NCBI GenBank assembly: GCA_027031495.1 | Contig: JALVQA010000014.1 | Location: forward strand, 849 to 64,848 | Source: Candidatus Moraniibacteriota bacterium | GTDB taxonomy: Bacteria > Patescibacteriota > Minisyncoccia > Moranbacterales > GCA-2747515 | Reading direction: 5' to 3' | Length of the DNA stretch: 64,000 bases | In this document: piece after piece, positions 1-9,444 of the stretch | Position numbering within the stretch: position 1 is the stretch's first letter | Layout of the letters: each line of letters opens with the position of its first letter | Made by a program: the position numbers and the translations under genes | The notes under the pieces: generated by a model | Databases searched by the model: none | What the model was told of the DNA's origin: nothing | Seen by the model: the letters and a program-made list of their open reading frames with translations, nothing else

Positions 1-266
1 TCCCAAAGCTCATGAAGACATGGTGGATAGGGATATTTTGCTAAGCTAGTGTGTTGACCATAGTAGTGTCTCATCCATCTTAGTTCATCTTGAGAATAGC
101 GCCATTTAGGAGGCCCGCATTTGATAGTATCACGCGGTACCCAAAAAATCCATAAGAGTTCACTAATCTCGCAATCGATTTCAGATATACGTAAATACTT
201 TACTATTTTGCGCGCAAAATCTGGATACATTACAAATGCTGCATTTTGTGTATGTGAATAATTCAT
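1..266 (-). CDS. Orphan hypothetical protein, partial (runs off window start): MNYSHTQNAAFVMYPDFARKIVKYLRISEIDCEISELLWIFW...
   Basis: Open frame from ATG at 266 to the window edge; AAAAGGAG SD upstream; TTGGCA-18-TATACT promoter-like motif at 340..311. Missing from the ORF track because it has no stop in the window. Confidence 0.6.
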   Translation of the reverse strand, partial: MNYSHTQNAAFVMYPDFARKIVKYLRISEIDCEISELLWIFWVPRDTIKCGPPKWRYSQDELRWMRHYYGQHTSLAKYPYPPCLHELW

Positions 267-367
267 GCTAATCTCCTTTTTCCTGTTTTTGAAAGAAACG
301 ATGTATCTTCAGTATAGGTGAAACAGTAATATTTTGCCAAGTGTGAATGGGCATAGATAGCGCTAAT

Positions 368-395
368 TTGACAAATTTTTGTATCGTGCTAGAAT
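368..395 (+). promoter_or_regulatory. Sigma70 promoter for rpoBC
   Basis: TTGACA(368-373), 16 nt spacer, TAGAAT(390-395) with TGn extended -10. Confidence 0.7.
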
Positions 396-675
396 GAGTC
401 TATCACGAATTAGGAAAGAGATTTACTTCTTTATAGGGCATTGTTTTGCATCAGATCTGTTTCTGTGCAAAACGAGAGAAATGACACGCACGTGGCAAAA
501 ATCTCACGTCACAATGTGAAAGACAATTAACTTATCCCACTTGTAGAGATTACAGCGGGCTTTTTTGTGCTTGTCAGAGTTTTCTTGCTCTCTTCGTAAA
601 ATTAATGTTGCGTAGAGAGTGGGGAAACTCTGTGTAAACGGTAATCTGTACAATAACGTAATACATATCTGCACT

Positions 676-3600
676 ATGCAAGAAAAGACTCTCAAGGTCC
701 GCACACGCTTTAGCGGCCATTCGTCACTGACGAAACGTAAATTTTTTGGGAAGCGTATTATGGTATCGCTTCCAAATCTTATCGAATCCCAGTTGAAAAG
801 CCATAGGTGGTTCCTTGAAAAGGGACTTCAAGAACTTCTTGATGAGGTAAACCCGATCAAGGATTTTACGGGAAAAGATCTGGAGCTTTCAATTGTTGAT
901 TACTATCTCGATGAACCGAAGTGTGATGAGCGAACGGCGAAAGATAAAAATATTTCTTATGAAGCGCCGTTGCGCGCAAAAGCACGTCTGACTCTCAAGA
1001 AAACTGGTGAAGTAAAGGAGCAAGAGATTTATCTGTGCGATTTTCCACTCATGACGCCGCGCGGTACATACATCATTAACGGTGTCGAGCGTGTTGTTGT
1101 AAGTCAGTTAGTGCGTAGTGCCGGTGTATTCTTCACAATGGAATATCAAAAAGGGCAGAAACTTTTTGGTGCAAAGGTAATTCCAAATCGTGGTGCATGG
1201 ATTGAGATTGATACCGATATCTCAGGCGTGATTTCTGTTAAAATTGACCGTAAGCGTAAAATTCCTGTGACAGCGCTGTTGCGTGCTTTTGGTTATGAGA
1301 CAAATGATGCAATTGAGAAGCTATTTAGTGATGTTGATACTGATGATAAGCGCTATATTGCAGAGACACTTGCAAAGGATATAACGACAAATCAAGGCGA
1401 AGCATACCTTGAGATTTACAGACGTTTGCGTCCGGGTGACCTTGCAACAGATGAGAACGCGCGTCAAATGATTAATAGCATGTTCTTTTCATTTGATCGC
1501 TACGATGTCGGCGCGGTCGGTCGCTACCGTCTCAATCAACGCCTCAATGTTGACTTGCCAAATAATGAGGAAGGACGTGTTTTAAATATTACGGATTTTG
1601 TGGCGATTGTACGTGAGATTATTCGTATGAATAACGATCCGCACGCTGTTGCTGATGATATTGATCATTTAGGTAATCGTCGTGTGCGTGGTGTAGGTGA
1701 GCTTGTGCAAAATAAGATGCGCGTTGGTTTCGCACGCATGGTGCGCAATATTCGTGATCGTATGAGTACATGTGATAAAACGACAGTCGTGCCGGGACAA
1801 CTCATAAACTCCCGACCTGTTGCGGCAACAGTCAAGGAGTTTTTCTCAAGCTCACAGCTTTCACAGTTCATGGATCAGGTCAACCCTCTTGCAGAATTGG
1901 AGCATAAGCGCCGCCTCAGTGCACTTGGTCCTGGTGGCCTGACGCGTGAACGTGCCGGCTTTGAAGTACGTGATGTTCATCATTCTCATTATGGTCGTAT
2001 CTGTCCTGTGCAGACGCCGGAAGGTCCAAATATTGGTTTGGTTGGGCATATGGCAACATATGCGCGCATAAATGATTATGGCTTTCTTGAAACGCCGTAC
2101 TTACCGGTGCTGCATGAAGTAGAGCCAACGCAAAAGGCGTTGAAGGGACGTATTCTTGCAGAGGATGTTGGTGGCATAAAAGAAGGCACACTTGTTGATG
2201 ATAAAAATGTGGCGACTGTTGCAGCGACAGCGAAGAAAATGGGGAAAGAAACCGTAAAGGTTGTGCCTTTTGTAGGAGATGAAATTACATATATCAATGC
2301 AACTGTAGAGGATCGTATGACAATTGCTCACGCCGGTGTTGCACTTGATGATAATCGTAACTTTACGACAAAGATGGTTGGTGCGCGTGCAAAAGGGCAT
2401 CCTGGTATGGTATCGGCTACCGATGTTAATTATATTGATGTATCGCCAAAACAGTGCATTTCTGTCGCAACATCATTGATTCCTTTCCTTGAGCATGATG
2501 ACGCAAACCGCGCATTGATGGGATCAAACATGCAACGACAGGCAGTGAGTTGCATCAAGCCACAGACACCGTTAGTTGGTACGGGTATTGAAGATAAGGC
2601 AGCTGCCGATTCCGGTCAGGTTGTTCTTGCGGAAAATGATGGTGAGGTTGTTGAGATTGACAGCATGCATATCGTTGTTAAGGAAAAAGCGCCTGCCGGT
2701 GCAAAGGCAAAGACATTTAAACGTGTGTATCGTCTGCAGAGTTTTGTGCGCTCTAATACGATGACAAGTATGAATCAAGTGCCACGTGTGCAGAAAGGGC
2801 AGATGGTAAAGAAGGGTGACCTACTTGCCGACGGTGCATCAACGGATCATGGTGAACTTGCGCTGGGGCAAAATATTCTTGTGGCCTTTATGCCGTGGCA
2901 AGGATATAACTTTGAAGATGCGATTATCATTTCTGAAGATGTGCTGCAAAATGATCGCTATACATCTATTCATATTGAAGACTTTACATTAGATGTGCGT
3001 GACACAAAGTTGGGACCGGAAGTGGTAACACGCGACATCCCTAATATTGGTGAGGATCGTCTTAAAGATCTTGATGAAGATGGTATCATTCGCATCGGTG
3101 CGGAAGTTTCCAGCGGTGCAATTCTTGTTGGAAAGATTACGCCGAAAGGTGAAGGTGATCTTACTGCAGAGGAGCGTCTGTTGCGTGCGATCTTTGGTGA
3201 GAAGGCACGTGATGTGAAGGACTCATCACTCTATTTGCCACATGGTGAGAATGGTAAGGTTGTAGATGTTAAAATTTTCTCTCGTGAGCAAGGTGATCGC
3301 TTGCCAACCGGTGTTGTGAAGCAAATTCAGGTGTCAATTGCACAGTTGCGCAAAATTTCCGTTGGCGACAAGCTTGCCGGTCGCCATGGTAATAAAGGTG
3401 TGATTTCACGTATTGCACCACGTGAAGATATGCCATACTTGCCGGACGGCACACCGGTTGATATGATCCTAAACCCGCTCGGTGTTGCTTCTCGTATGAA
3501 TATTGGTCAGATTCTGGAAACGCATATCGGATGGGCAGCACGTGAGCTTGGGTACACGGTAGCATCACCGGCACTTGATGGTATTAGCGAAGATGATATT

Positions 3601-4104
3601 CGTGCTGAGTTGAAAGCGGCCGGTTTGCCGGAATCAGGGAAGATTCGCCTGATTGATGGGCGCACGGGTGAACAGTATGACAATCCATCAACAGTTGGTG
3701 TGATGTATGTCATGAAGCTTAATCACTTAGTAGATGATAAACTGCACATGCGTTCTATCGGACCATATTCGTTGATTACACAGCAACCCCTCGGTGGTAA
3801 GGCGCAACATGGTGGTCAGCGCTTTGGAGAAATGGAAGTGTGGGCACTTGAAGGCTATGGTGCAGCACATACACTGCAAGAGATTATTACAATTAAGTCC
3901 GATGATGTTGTTGGTCGCTCACGTGCCTATGAATCAATTATTAAGGGTGAATCAATCAAGAGCCCGAACTTGCCGGCATCATTCTACGTGCTTGTGAGTG
4001 AACTGAAGGGTCTGTGTTTGGATGTTGAACTTATACATAATAATAAACCAGTTGTAGCTGTTCGTTCAGCAGATGATGCTGATGACAGTCGTAACCGGTC
4101 GTAA
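676..4104 (+). CDS. rpoB: DNA-directed RNA polymerase subunit beta
   Basis: Motifs INGVERVVVSQLVRS, GRICPVQTPEGPNIG, GDKLAGRHGNKG, GGQRFGEMEVWALE. ATG at 676 preferred over GTG 619, which lies inside a leader hairpin. Confidence 0.99.
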   Translation: MQEKTLKVRTRFSGHSSLTKRKFFGKRIMVSLPNLIESQLKSHRWFLEKGLQELLDEVNPIKDFTGKDLELSIVDYYLDEPKCDERTAKDKNISYEAPLRAKARLTLKKTGEVKEQEIYLCDFPLMTPRGTYIINGVERVVVSQLVRSAGVFFTMEYQKGQKLFGAKVIPNRGAWIEIDTDISGVISVKIDRKRKIPVTALLRAFGYETNDAIEKLFSDVDTDDKRYIAETLAKDITTNQGEAYLEIYRRLRPGDLATDENARQMINSMFFSFDRYDVGAVGRYRLNQRLNVDLPNNEEGRVLNITDFVAIVREIIRMNNDPHAVADDIDHLGNRRVRGVGELVQNKMRVGFARMVRNIRDRMSTCDKTTVVPGQLINSRPVAATVKEFFSSSQLSQFMDQVNPLAELEHKRRLSALGPGGLTRERAGFEVRDVHHSHYGRICPVQTPEGPNIGLVGHMATYARINDYGFLETPYLPVLHEVEPTQKALKGRILAEDVGGIKEGTLVDDKNVATVAATAKKMGKETVKVVPFVGDEITYINATVEDRMTIAHAGVALDDNRNFTTKMVGARAKGHPGMVSATDVNYIDVSPKQCISVATSLIPFLEHDDANRALMGSNMQRQAVSCIKPQTPLVGTGIEDKAAADSGQVVLAENDGEVVEIDSMHIVVKEKAPAGAKAKTFKRVYRLQSFVRSNTMTSMNQVPRVQKGQMVKKGDLLADGASTDHGELALGQNILVAFMPWQGYNFEDAIIISEDVLQNDRYTSIHIEDFTLDVRDTKLGPEVVTRDIPNIGEDRLKDLDEDGIIRIGAEVSSGAILVGKITPKGEGDLTAEERLLRAIFGEKARDVKDSSLYLPHGENGKVVDVKIFSREQGDRLPTGVVKQIQVSIAQLRKISVGDKLAGRHGNKGVISRIAPREDMPYLPDGTPVDMILNPLGVASRMNIGQILETHIGWAARELGYTVASPALDGISEDDIRAELKAAGLPESGKIRLIDGRTGEQYDNPSTVGVMYVMKLNHLVDDKLHMRSIGPYSLITQQPLGGKAQHGGQRFGEMEVWALEGYGAAHTLQEIITIKSDDVVGRSRAYESIIKGESIKSPNLPASFYVLVSELKGLCLDVELIHNNKPVVAVRSADDADDSRNRS

Positions 4105-4125
4105 TTCACTTTAAAATATATAAAT

Positions 4126-7100
4126 ATGATGGAAAATAGTCTTAAAGTAAGTGATTTCGACAGCGTACGGTTACGCTTGGCTTCACCGGAAGATATTATC
4201 AACTGGTCAAGTGGCGAAGTCACAAAGCCTGAAACAATTAACTATCGTACGCAGCGCTATGAGATGGATGGTCTTTTTTGTGAAAAGATTTTCGGACCAT
4301 CAAAAGATTGGGAGTGTTACTGCGGTAAATACAAGCGCATTCGTTACAAAGGTATCGTCTGCGATAAGTGTGGCGTTGAAGTAACAAAGAGTTCTGTGCG
4401 TCGTGAGCGCATGGGGCATATTGCGCTTGCTGCGCCGGTAAGTCATATTTGGTTCTTGCGTAATGTGCCAAGTAAAATTGGTCTTGCACTTGATATTCCG
4501 CTCGGTGAAGTAGAGCGTGTAATTTACTTTTCTGCGTATATTGTGACACATGTTGACGAAGAGGCGCGTGCACGCGTGCTCAAGCAGCTGTCACATGAAT
4601 ACAAAGCAAAGCGAAAAGAGATTGAAGATGGTGGCGGCTCCACAAAAGCACTGGAAGAGTTGGAAGAAGCGTTTAAAACTGCAAAAGAAGAGTTAAAGAG
4701 TTTGCGCAAATTTATGACGCTCTCCGAAGTAAAGTACTTTAGCTTGTCGCAGCAGTTTGCACAAGTCTTTACTGCCGGTATCGGTGCTGAGGTTATTCGC
4801 GCGCTTTTGGAAGAGATGGATGTTGATGCTGAAATTACACGTTTGCAAGATGCGCTTGAAAACGTAAAAGGCGCCGGTGATCGCAAGAAGATGTTAAAGC
4901 GCTTGAAGTTCCTGCAAGGTACGGTAAAAGCCGGTGTACGTCTTGAGTGGATGTTGCCAACAGTGATTCCTGTGATTCCGCCGGATTTGCGACCGATGGT
5001 TGCTCTGGATGGCGGTCGCTTTGCAACATCTGATCTTAACGATCTTTACCGTCGTATCATCAATAGAAATAACCGTCTTAAGAAATTGCAAAGTCTCGGT
5101 GCGCCAGAAGTGATTACGCGTAATGAAAAGCGTATGTTGCAGGAGGCGGTTGACGCACTCTTTGACAATTCAGCGCGTCGTGGACAGGCTTCTGTTTCAG
5201 CAAGTACGGGACAGCGTCGTGCGTTGCGCTCGCTTGCTGACTCTCTTAAGGGTAAGCAGGGACGCTTCCGCCAAAACTTGCTCGGAAAGCGTGTTGATTA
5301 TTCCGGGCGTAGCGTAATCGTTGTAGGACCAAATCTTCAGCTGCACCAAGTTGGTATTCCAAAGAAGATGGGTCTGGAGCTTTTCAAGCCGTTTATTATC
5401 AATAAGTTGATTGAGCGCGATCTTGCACATAATGTGCGTACAGCTGGTCGTATGGTTGATAACGAAGTGGAGGAAGCGTATGCTATCCTTGAAGAAATTA
5501 TCGCTGATCATTACGTACTCCTTAATCGTGCGCCAACCCTTCACCGTCTTTCAATTCAGGCATTCCAGCCTGTGTTAATTGAGGGTAAGGCAATTCGTCT
5601 CCATCCAATGGTGTGTGCTGCGTTCAATGCCGACTTCGACGGTGATCAGATGGCTGTACATGTGCCATTGACAGATCAAGCGCGATGGGAAAGTGAGAAT
5701 CTCATGCTCTCGCGCAAAAACTTACTCAAGCCATCCAGTGGTGATCCAATCATGTCACCGTCTCTTGATGTTGTGCTTGGTATTTATTATTTGACGCACA
5801 TGAAGGATGGTGCGAAGGGTGAGGGACGCATGTTCGCTGATATGGATGAGGTTATCCTTGCATATGATAATGGCATGGTAGCGGTTAATGCGAAAGTTAA
5901 ACTTCTATGGGATGGTGAAGTTATCGAAACATCTGCCGGACGTGTTATCCTGAACAATATTTTGCCAGAGGAGATGCGCTATGTGAATAAGGAGATGACA
6001 AAGAAAGAATTGCGTGAACTTGTTGCGCAATGTCTTGCAACGTTGGGACCTGAAGTAACAGCCGATTTTGTTGATCGCATCAAGGACCTTGGTTTTGCCG
6101 GTGTGTCAAAATCCGGTATTAGTTGGGGTATGGCAGATTTGCATGTTCCGAGTGAGAAAGAGACGATTCTTAAAAAAGCTGAAGAAAAAGTTAGCAAAAT
6201 TACAGAACAGTACAACATGGGTCTGTTAACTGATGCTGAGCGCAAAAACCAGTCTATTGAAGTATGGAATGAAGCAAAAAATGCCATTACGGAAGTTGTA
6301 CGTGAAAGTATTGATAAAGAGGGTCCTGTTTACGCTATGGTGTACTCAAAAGCGCGTGGTAGCGAATCTGTCGTTGTGCAGATGATGGGTATGAAAGGTT
6401 TGATGGCCGGTGCAACCGGTGAGACGATTGAATTGCCGGTGCGTAGTTCATACAAGGAGGGTCTTAACGTGTTGGAGTACTTTATCTCAACACACGGCGC
6501 ACGTAAAGGTATGGCTGATACGGCATTGCGTACGGCAACAGCCGGCTACTTGACGCGTCGCCTCGTTGATGTATCACAGGATGTCATTGTGCGTGAGGTT
6601 GATTGCGGTACGGGTGAGAGTGCTGTTGTTTATCGTGAGGATGCCGAGAGTGTCGGGCAGACACTAGCTGATCATATTGTTGGACGCACACTGGCGGAGA
6701 CGATTAAAGATGCTAACGGTACGGTTGTTTGTCGCAAGGGGACACTTCTTTCTGAAGAGCAAGCTGCTGCAATAGACGCGACGGGTATTGATAAGGTGCG
6801 TATCTATTCTGTTGTGACGTGTCAGACGCGACGTGGTGTATGTCAGAAGTGTTATGGTATGGATCTTGGACGTAATGTGCCGGTGCAACCTGGCTCAACA
6901 GTTGGTATCGTTGCTGCACAGGCAATTGGTGAACCTGGTACGCAGTTGACGATGCGCACATTCCATATCGGTGGTGTTGCCGGCAGTGATATTACGCAAG
7001 GTCTTCCACGTGTTGAGGAGATCTTTGAGGCACGTCCGCCAAAGGGTGAGGCCGCTATCTGCGAAGTTGCCGGTAAAGTCGTAAAGATTGACTCGACAGA

Positions 7101-7815
7101 GGGTGCAAAGACAGCAGCAATTACAATTGAGAGTGATGATGCGGAAAAAACAGTCAAGACTTATCACGTGCCGGCAAATTCAACACTGCGTGTAGCAGAA
7201 GGTGATCTTGTGCCGAAGGGCGCGCAACTTAATGATGGTCATATTGACTTGAAGAAATTGTATGCCACAATGGGGCGTGAAGAATTGCACCGTTACATCG
7301 TACGTGAGATTCAAGATGTATATGCTTCGCAGGGTGAGATGATTAACGATAAGCACATCGAAGTTATTGTCAAACAGATGCTTTCACGTATGACGGTGAT
7401 TGAGCCGGGTGATACAACACTCTTGCCGGGTGATATCGTAGAGCGTGATGAGTTCCTTGATGCGAATGAAGAAGTGGAGCGTACAGGTGGGCAAAAAGCA
7501 ACCGGTGAGCCGATGCTTCTTGGTATTACGAAAGTTTCTCTTACAACGGAATCTTTCCTCTCAGCAGCATCCTTCCAGGAGACAGCGCGTGTCTTGATTA
7601 ACGCGGCGATGACCGGTAAAGAAGACAAACTTCAGGGACTTAAGGAGAATGTGATTATCGGACGCTTGATTCCTGCCGGTACCGGTTTTCGTGGTAACGG
7701 CGCAAAGAGCCCTATTCCGGCTGATCAAAATGTAACCGATAGTGAAATTGATGCACGTCGTGAAGAGGTACGTCGCACCGCAATGAATGAGCCACAAGAT
7801 GGTGCGATAGAGTGA
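4126..7815 (+). CDS. rpoC: DNA-directed RNA polymerase subunit beta'
   Basis: Catalytic NADFDGD, N-terminal zinc finger CYCGKY..CDKC, LLGKRVDYSGRS; follows rpoB. Confidence 0.99.
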   Translation: MMENSLKVSDFDSVRLRLASPEDIINWSSGEVTKPETINYRTQRYEMDGLFCEKIFGPSKDWECYCGKYKRIRYKGIVCDKCGVEVTKSSVRRERMGHIALAAPVSHIWFLRNVPSKIGLALDIPLGEVERVIYFSAYIVTHVDEEARARVLKQLSHEYKAKRKEIEDGGGSTKALEELEEAFKTAKEELKSLRKFMTLSEVKYFSLSQQFAQVFTAGIGAEVIRALLEEMDVDAEITRLQDALENVKGAGDRKKMLKRLKFLQGTVKAGVRLEWMLPTVIPVIPPDLRPMVALDGGRFATSDLNDLYRRIINRNNRLKKLQSLGAPEVITRNEKRMLQEAVDALFDNSARRGQASVSASTGQRRALRSLADSLKGKQGRFRQNLLGKRVDYSGRSVIVVGPNLQLHQVGIPKKMGLELFKPFIINKLIERDLAHNVRTAGRMVDNEVEEAYAILEEIIADHYVLLNRAPTLHRLSIQAFQPVLIEGKAIRLHPMVCAAFNADFDGDQMAVHVPLTDQARWESENLMLSRKNLLKPSSGDPIMSPSLDVVLGIYYLTHMKDGAKGEGRMFADMDEVILAYDNGMVAVNAKVKLLWDGEVIETSAGRVILNNILPEEMRYVNKEMTKKELRELVAQCLATLGPEVTADFVDRIKDLGFAGVSKSGISWGMADLHVPSEKETILKKAEEKVSKITEQYNMGLLTDAERKNQSIEVWNEAKNAITEVVRESIDKEGPVYAMVYSKARGSESVVVQMMGMKGLMAGATGETIELPVRSSYKEGLNVLEYFISTHGARKGMADTALRTATAGYLTRRLVDVSQDVIVREVDCGTGESAVVYREDAESVGQTLADHIVGRTLAETIKDANGTVVCRKGTLLSEEQAAAIDATGIDKVRIYSVVTCQTRRGVCQKCYGMDLGRNVPVQPGSTVGIVAAQAIGEPGTQLTMRTFHIGGVAGSDITQGLPRVEEIFEARPPKGEAAICEVAGKVVKIDSTEGAKTAAITIESDDAEKTVKTYHVPANSTLRVAEGDLVPKGAQLNDGHIDLKKLYATMGREELHRYIVREIQDVYASQGEMINDKHIEVIVKQMLSRMTVIEPGDTTLLPGDIVERDEFLDANEEVERTGGQKATGEPMLLGITKVSLTTESFLSAASFQETARVLINAAMTGKEDKLQGLKENVIIGRLIPAGTGFRGNGAKSPIPADQNVTDSEIDARREEVRRTAMNEPQDGAIE

Positions 7816-7852
7816 TAGTCTAAAAAAGTGTACAATCTTCGTGTAGAGTATA

Positions 7853-7880
7853 TAAAAACCCCTCAAATGAGGGGTTTTTA
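7853..7880. terminator. Bidirectional intrinsic terminator after rpoC
   Basis: TAAAAACCCCTCA-AA-TGAGGGGTTTTTA inverted repeat with A/T tails. Confidence 0.85.
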
Positions 7881-7906
7881 TTGATGTTTTACGTGATGTA
7901 TGTATA

Positions 7907-7935
7907 TTGACAAATGTTAAAATATATGTTAGTAT
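7907..7935 (+). promoter_or_regulatory. Sigma70 promoter of island ORF 8184
   Basis: TTGACA-17-TAGTAT with TGn extended -10. Confidence 0.7.
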
Positions 7936-8183
7936 CGCGGTGCGTATGCAGTACGACTCATATCGTGAAATGGAGTTTCTGTTGAACTTTCCCGTTATAA
8001 AAATTCAACTTTTTATTCTGACTATAAAATTTGTTGTAGTCAGATAGAAAATATTCATTGGAAAATCAAGCTATGTTGAGAATAAAGTATTTTTAAGAAT
8101 ATTTTATTCTCAACATAGTGTTGGGAACTTCGGGCTATACGCTTGGAGTAAATTTTTTTGCCCCAGTGGGGCAGGAGGACACA

Positions 8184-9002
8184 ATGTGTATTTTCAAATT
8201 TTTTTCTTTTTTTTCTTCCAAAAAAGTCGAGACTGATCCTCAGAAAGTAGAGGCTCAGTCTCAACAGAAAAATAGGAAAAAACCTTCTTTCCTCTTTCCT
8301 GAAACCTTCAAGAAGTATGAAGAATTCTTGAGGGAGGCCGCGGAAATCAATGACGCGGCCAAGAAAAAGAGGAGAGATGAGCTCCTCAAGAAAAAAAGAG
8401 AAAAAGAAGAGAGGCTCCGGCTGGCAAAGGAGGTGCTGGCTAAGGCCCATGAGGGTCTTAACAACGAGATGCCGGCCCTTGCCGAACTGGCAAGGAGACG
8501 GCATGAAAAGCTGGAGAAGGAAATCCGGCTCTTGGAGAAGGAAATCCGGGAGCTGGATGAAAAACTCCTCGCCCTGCCGGAGGAGGATGAAATCCCAGAC
8601 ATCTTCTCATGGGCTGAGAAAAAGGCCCGGAAAGAGGAACTCTGGGAAATCGTCCGGAACGGGGAACGCCTGACCTCATGGGAAAGCGTTACCGTATGGA
8701 AGGAATATCCTCCTACCGGATCGGTTAAAAAGGCGGATATCTTTTTTTACCGGGAAAGGTATTTCCTGGTAAATCAAAAAGTAATAACGAATATTAATCC
8801 GACCGGCAAAACAAGGGAGAATAAGAAGATGCCGGCCGATATATACAAGGCGGCGGGGTTGATCGAATACCAAGAGAGTGAGTATTTGATCGAGTACCTC
8901 GAACCCGTCGCCATGCTCTGGGGAACGGATTCCCCGGAACAAATGAGCATGGACCAACTGGAGCTGATTGAAGAACATCAGCAACAGTTGGTCTCATCAT
9001 AA
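8184..9002 (+). CDS. Orphan hypothetical protein with charged coiled-coil N-terminal half
   Basis: ATG at 8184 follows AGGAGG; K/E/R-rich heptads; purine-rich codon style (CGG, CTG, GAG) unlike the flanking genes. Confidence 0.75.
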   Translation: MCIFKFFSFFSSKKVETDPQKVEAQSQQKNRKKPSFLFPETFKKYEEFLREAAEINDAAKKKRRDELLKKKREKEERLRLAKEVLAKAHEGLNNEMPALAELARRRHEKLEKEIRLLEKEIRELDEKLLALPEEDEIPDIFSWAEKKARKEELWEIVRNGERLTSWESVTVWKEYPPTGSVKKADIFFYRERYFLVNQKVITNINPTGKTRENKKMPADIYKAAGLIEYQESEYLIEYLEPVAMLWGTDSPEQMSMDQLELIEEHQQQLVSS

Positions 9003-9109
9003 CTCTCCCTTTCGCAACCGAGATAGCGAAGTAAAATAAACTCGGCCCGGTGCCTGTGTAGTGCAGGCGCCGGGAGGTTTGGGAAGATTGATTCTTAATT
9101 CTTAATTTT

Positions 9110-9147
9110 GGACGAGCCATGTTATTTAGCGCTCGTCCCATTTTTTG
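9110..9147 (+). terminator. Intrinsic terminator
   Basis: GGACGAGC/GCTCGTCC stem followed by CATTTTTT. Confidence 0.65.
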
Positions 9148-9444
9148 AGTAGTGCAGTACAATACGCTGGAATACTCAAAAAGATGAACAGGTTCTTTGA
9201 AAATCCTCCCTCCTTTTTTATATGTGGCGCTGTGAGTGTATGTATCCAGTATATACACGTACCCAGAGCGCCACTCGTAAGCGGGTGGTGAGAATTTAAG
9301 TAATCTCACTTTTACCTTAACTTCTGATCTGCAGGAGGTGTTTTAAGAGGTAGATGTGAGATAATTTTTTTCAGGGCGCCAGGCCCCTCCGCCACGCTTT
9401 CATGGGCGTGGAGCAGACGGAGTAGACACCCAAGGAGGTGTAAC

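Noticed and set aside
205-220. Perfect 16-bp palindrome ATTTTGCGCGCAAAAT
   Set aside because: Single copy inside a probable CDS with no supporting context.
619-675. GTG start extension of rpoB, and similar upstream starts for pilM (25732), 48247 and 60869
   Set aside because: Extensions fall in hairpins, leaders or neighbouring genes; downstream ATGs fit better.
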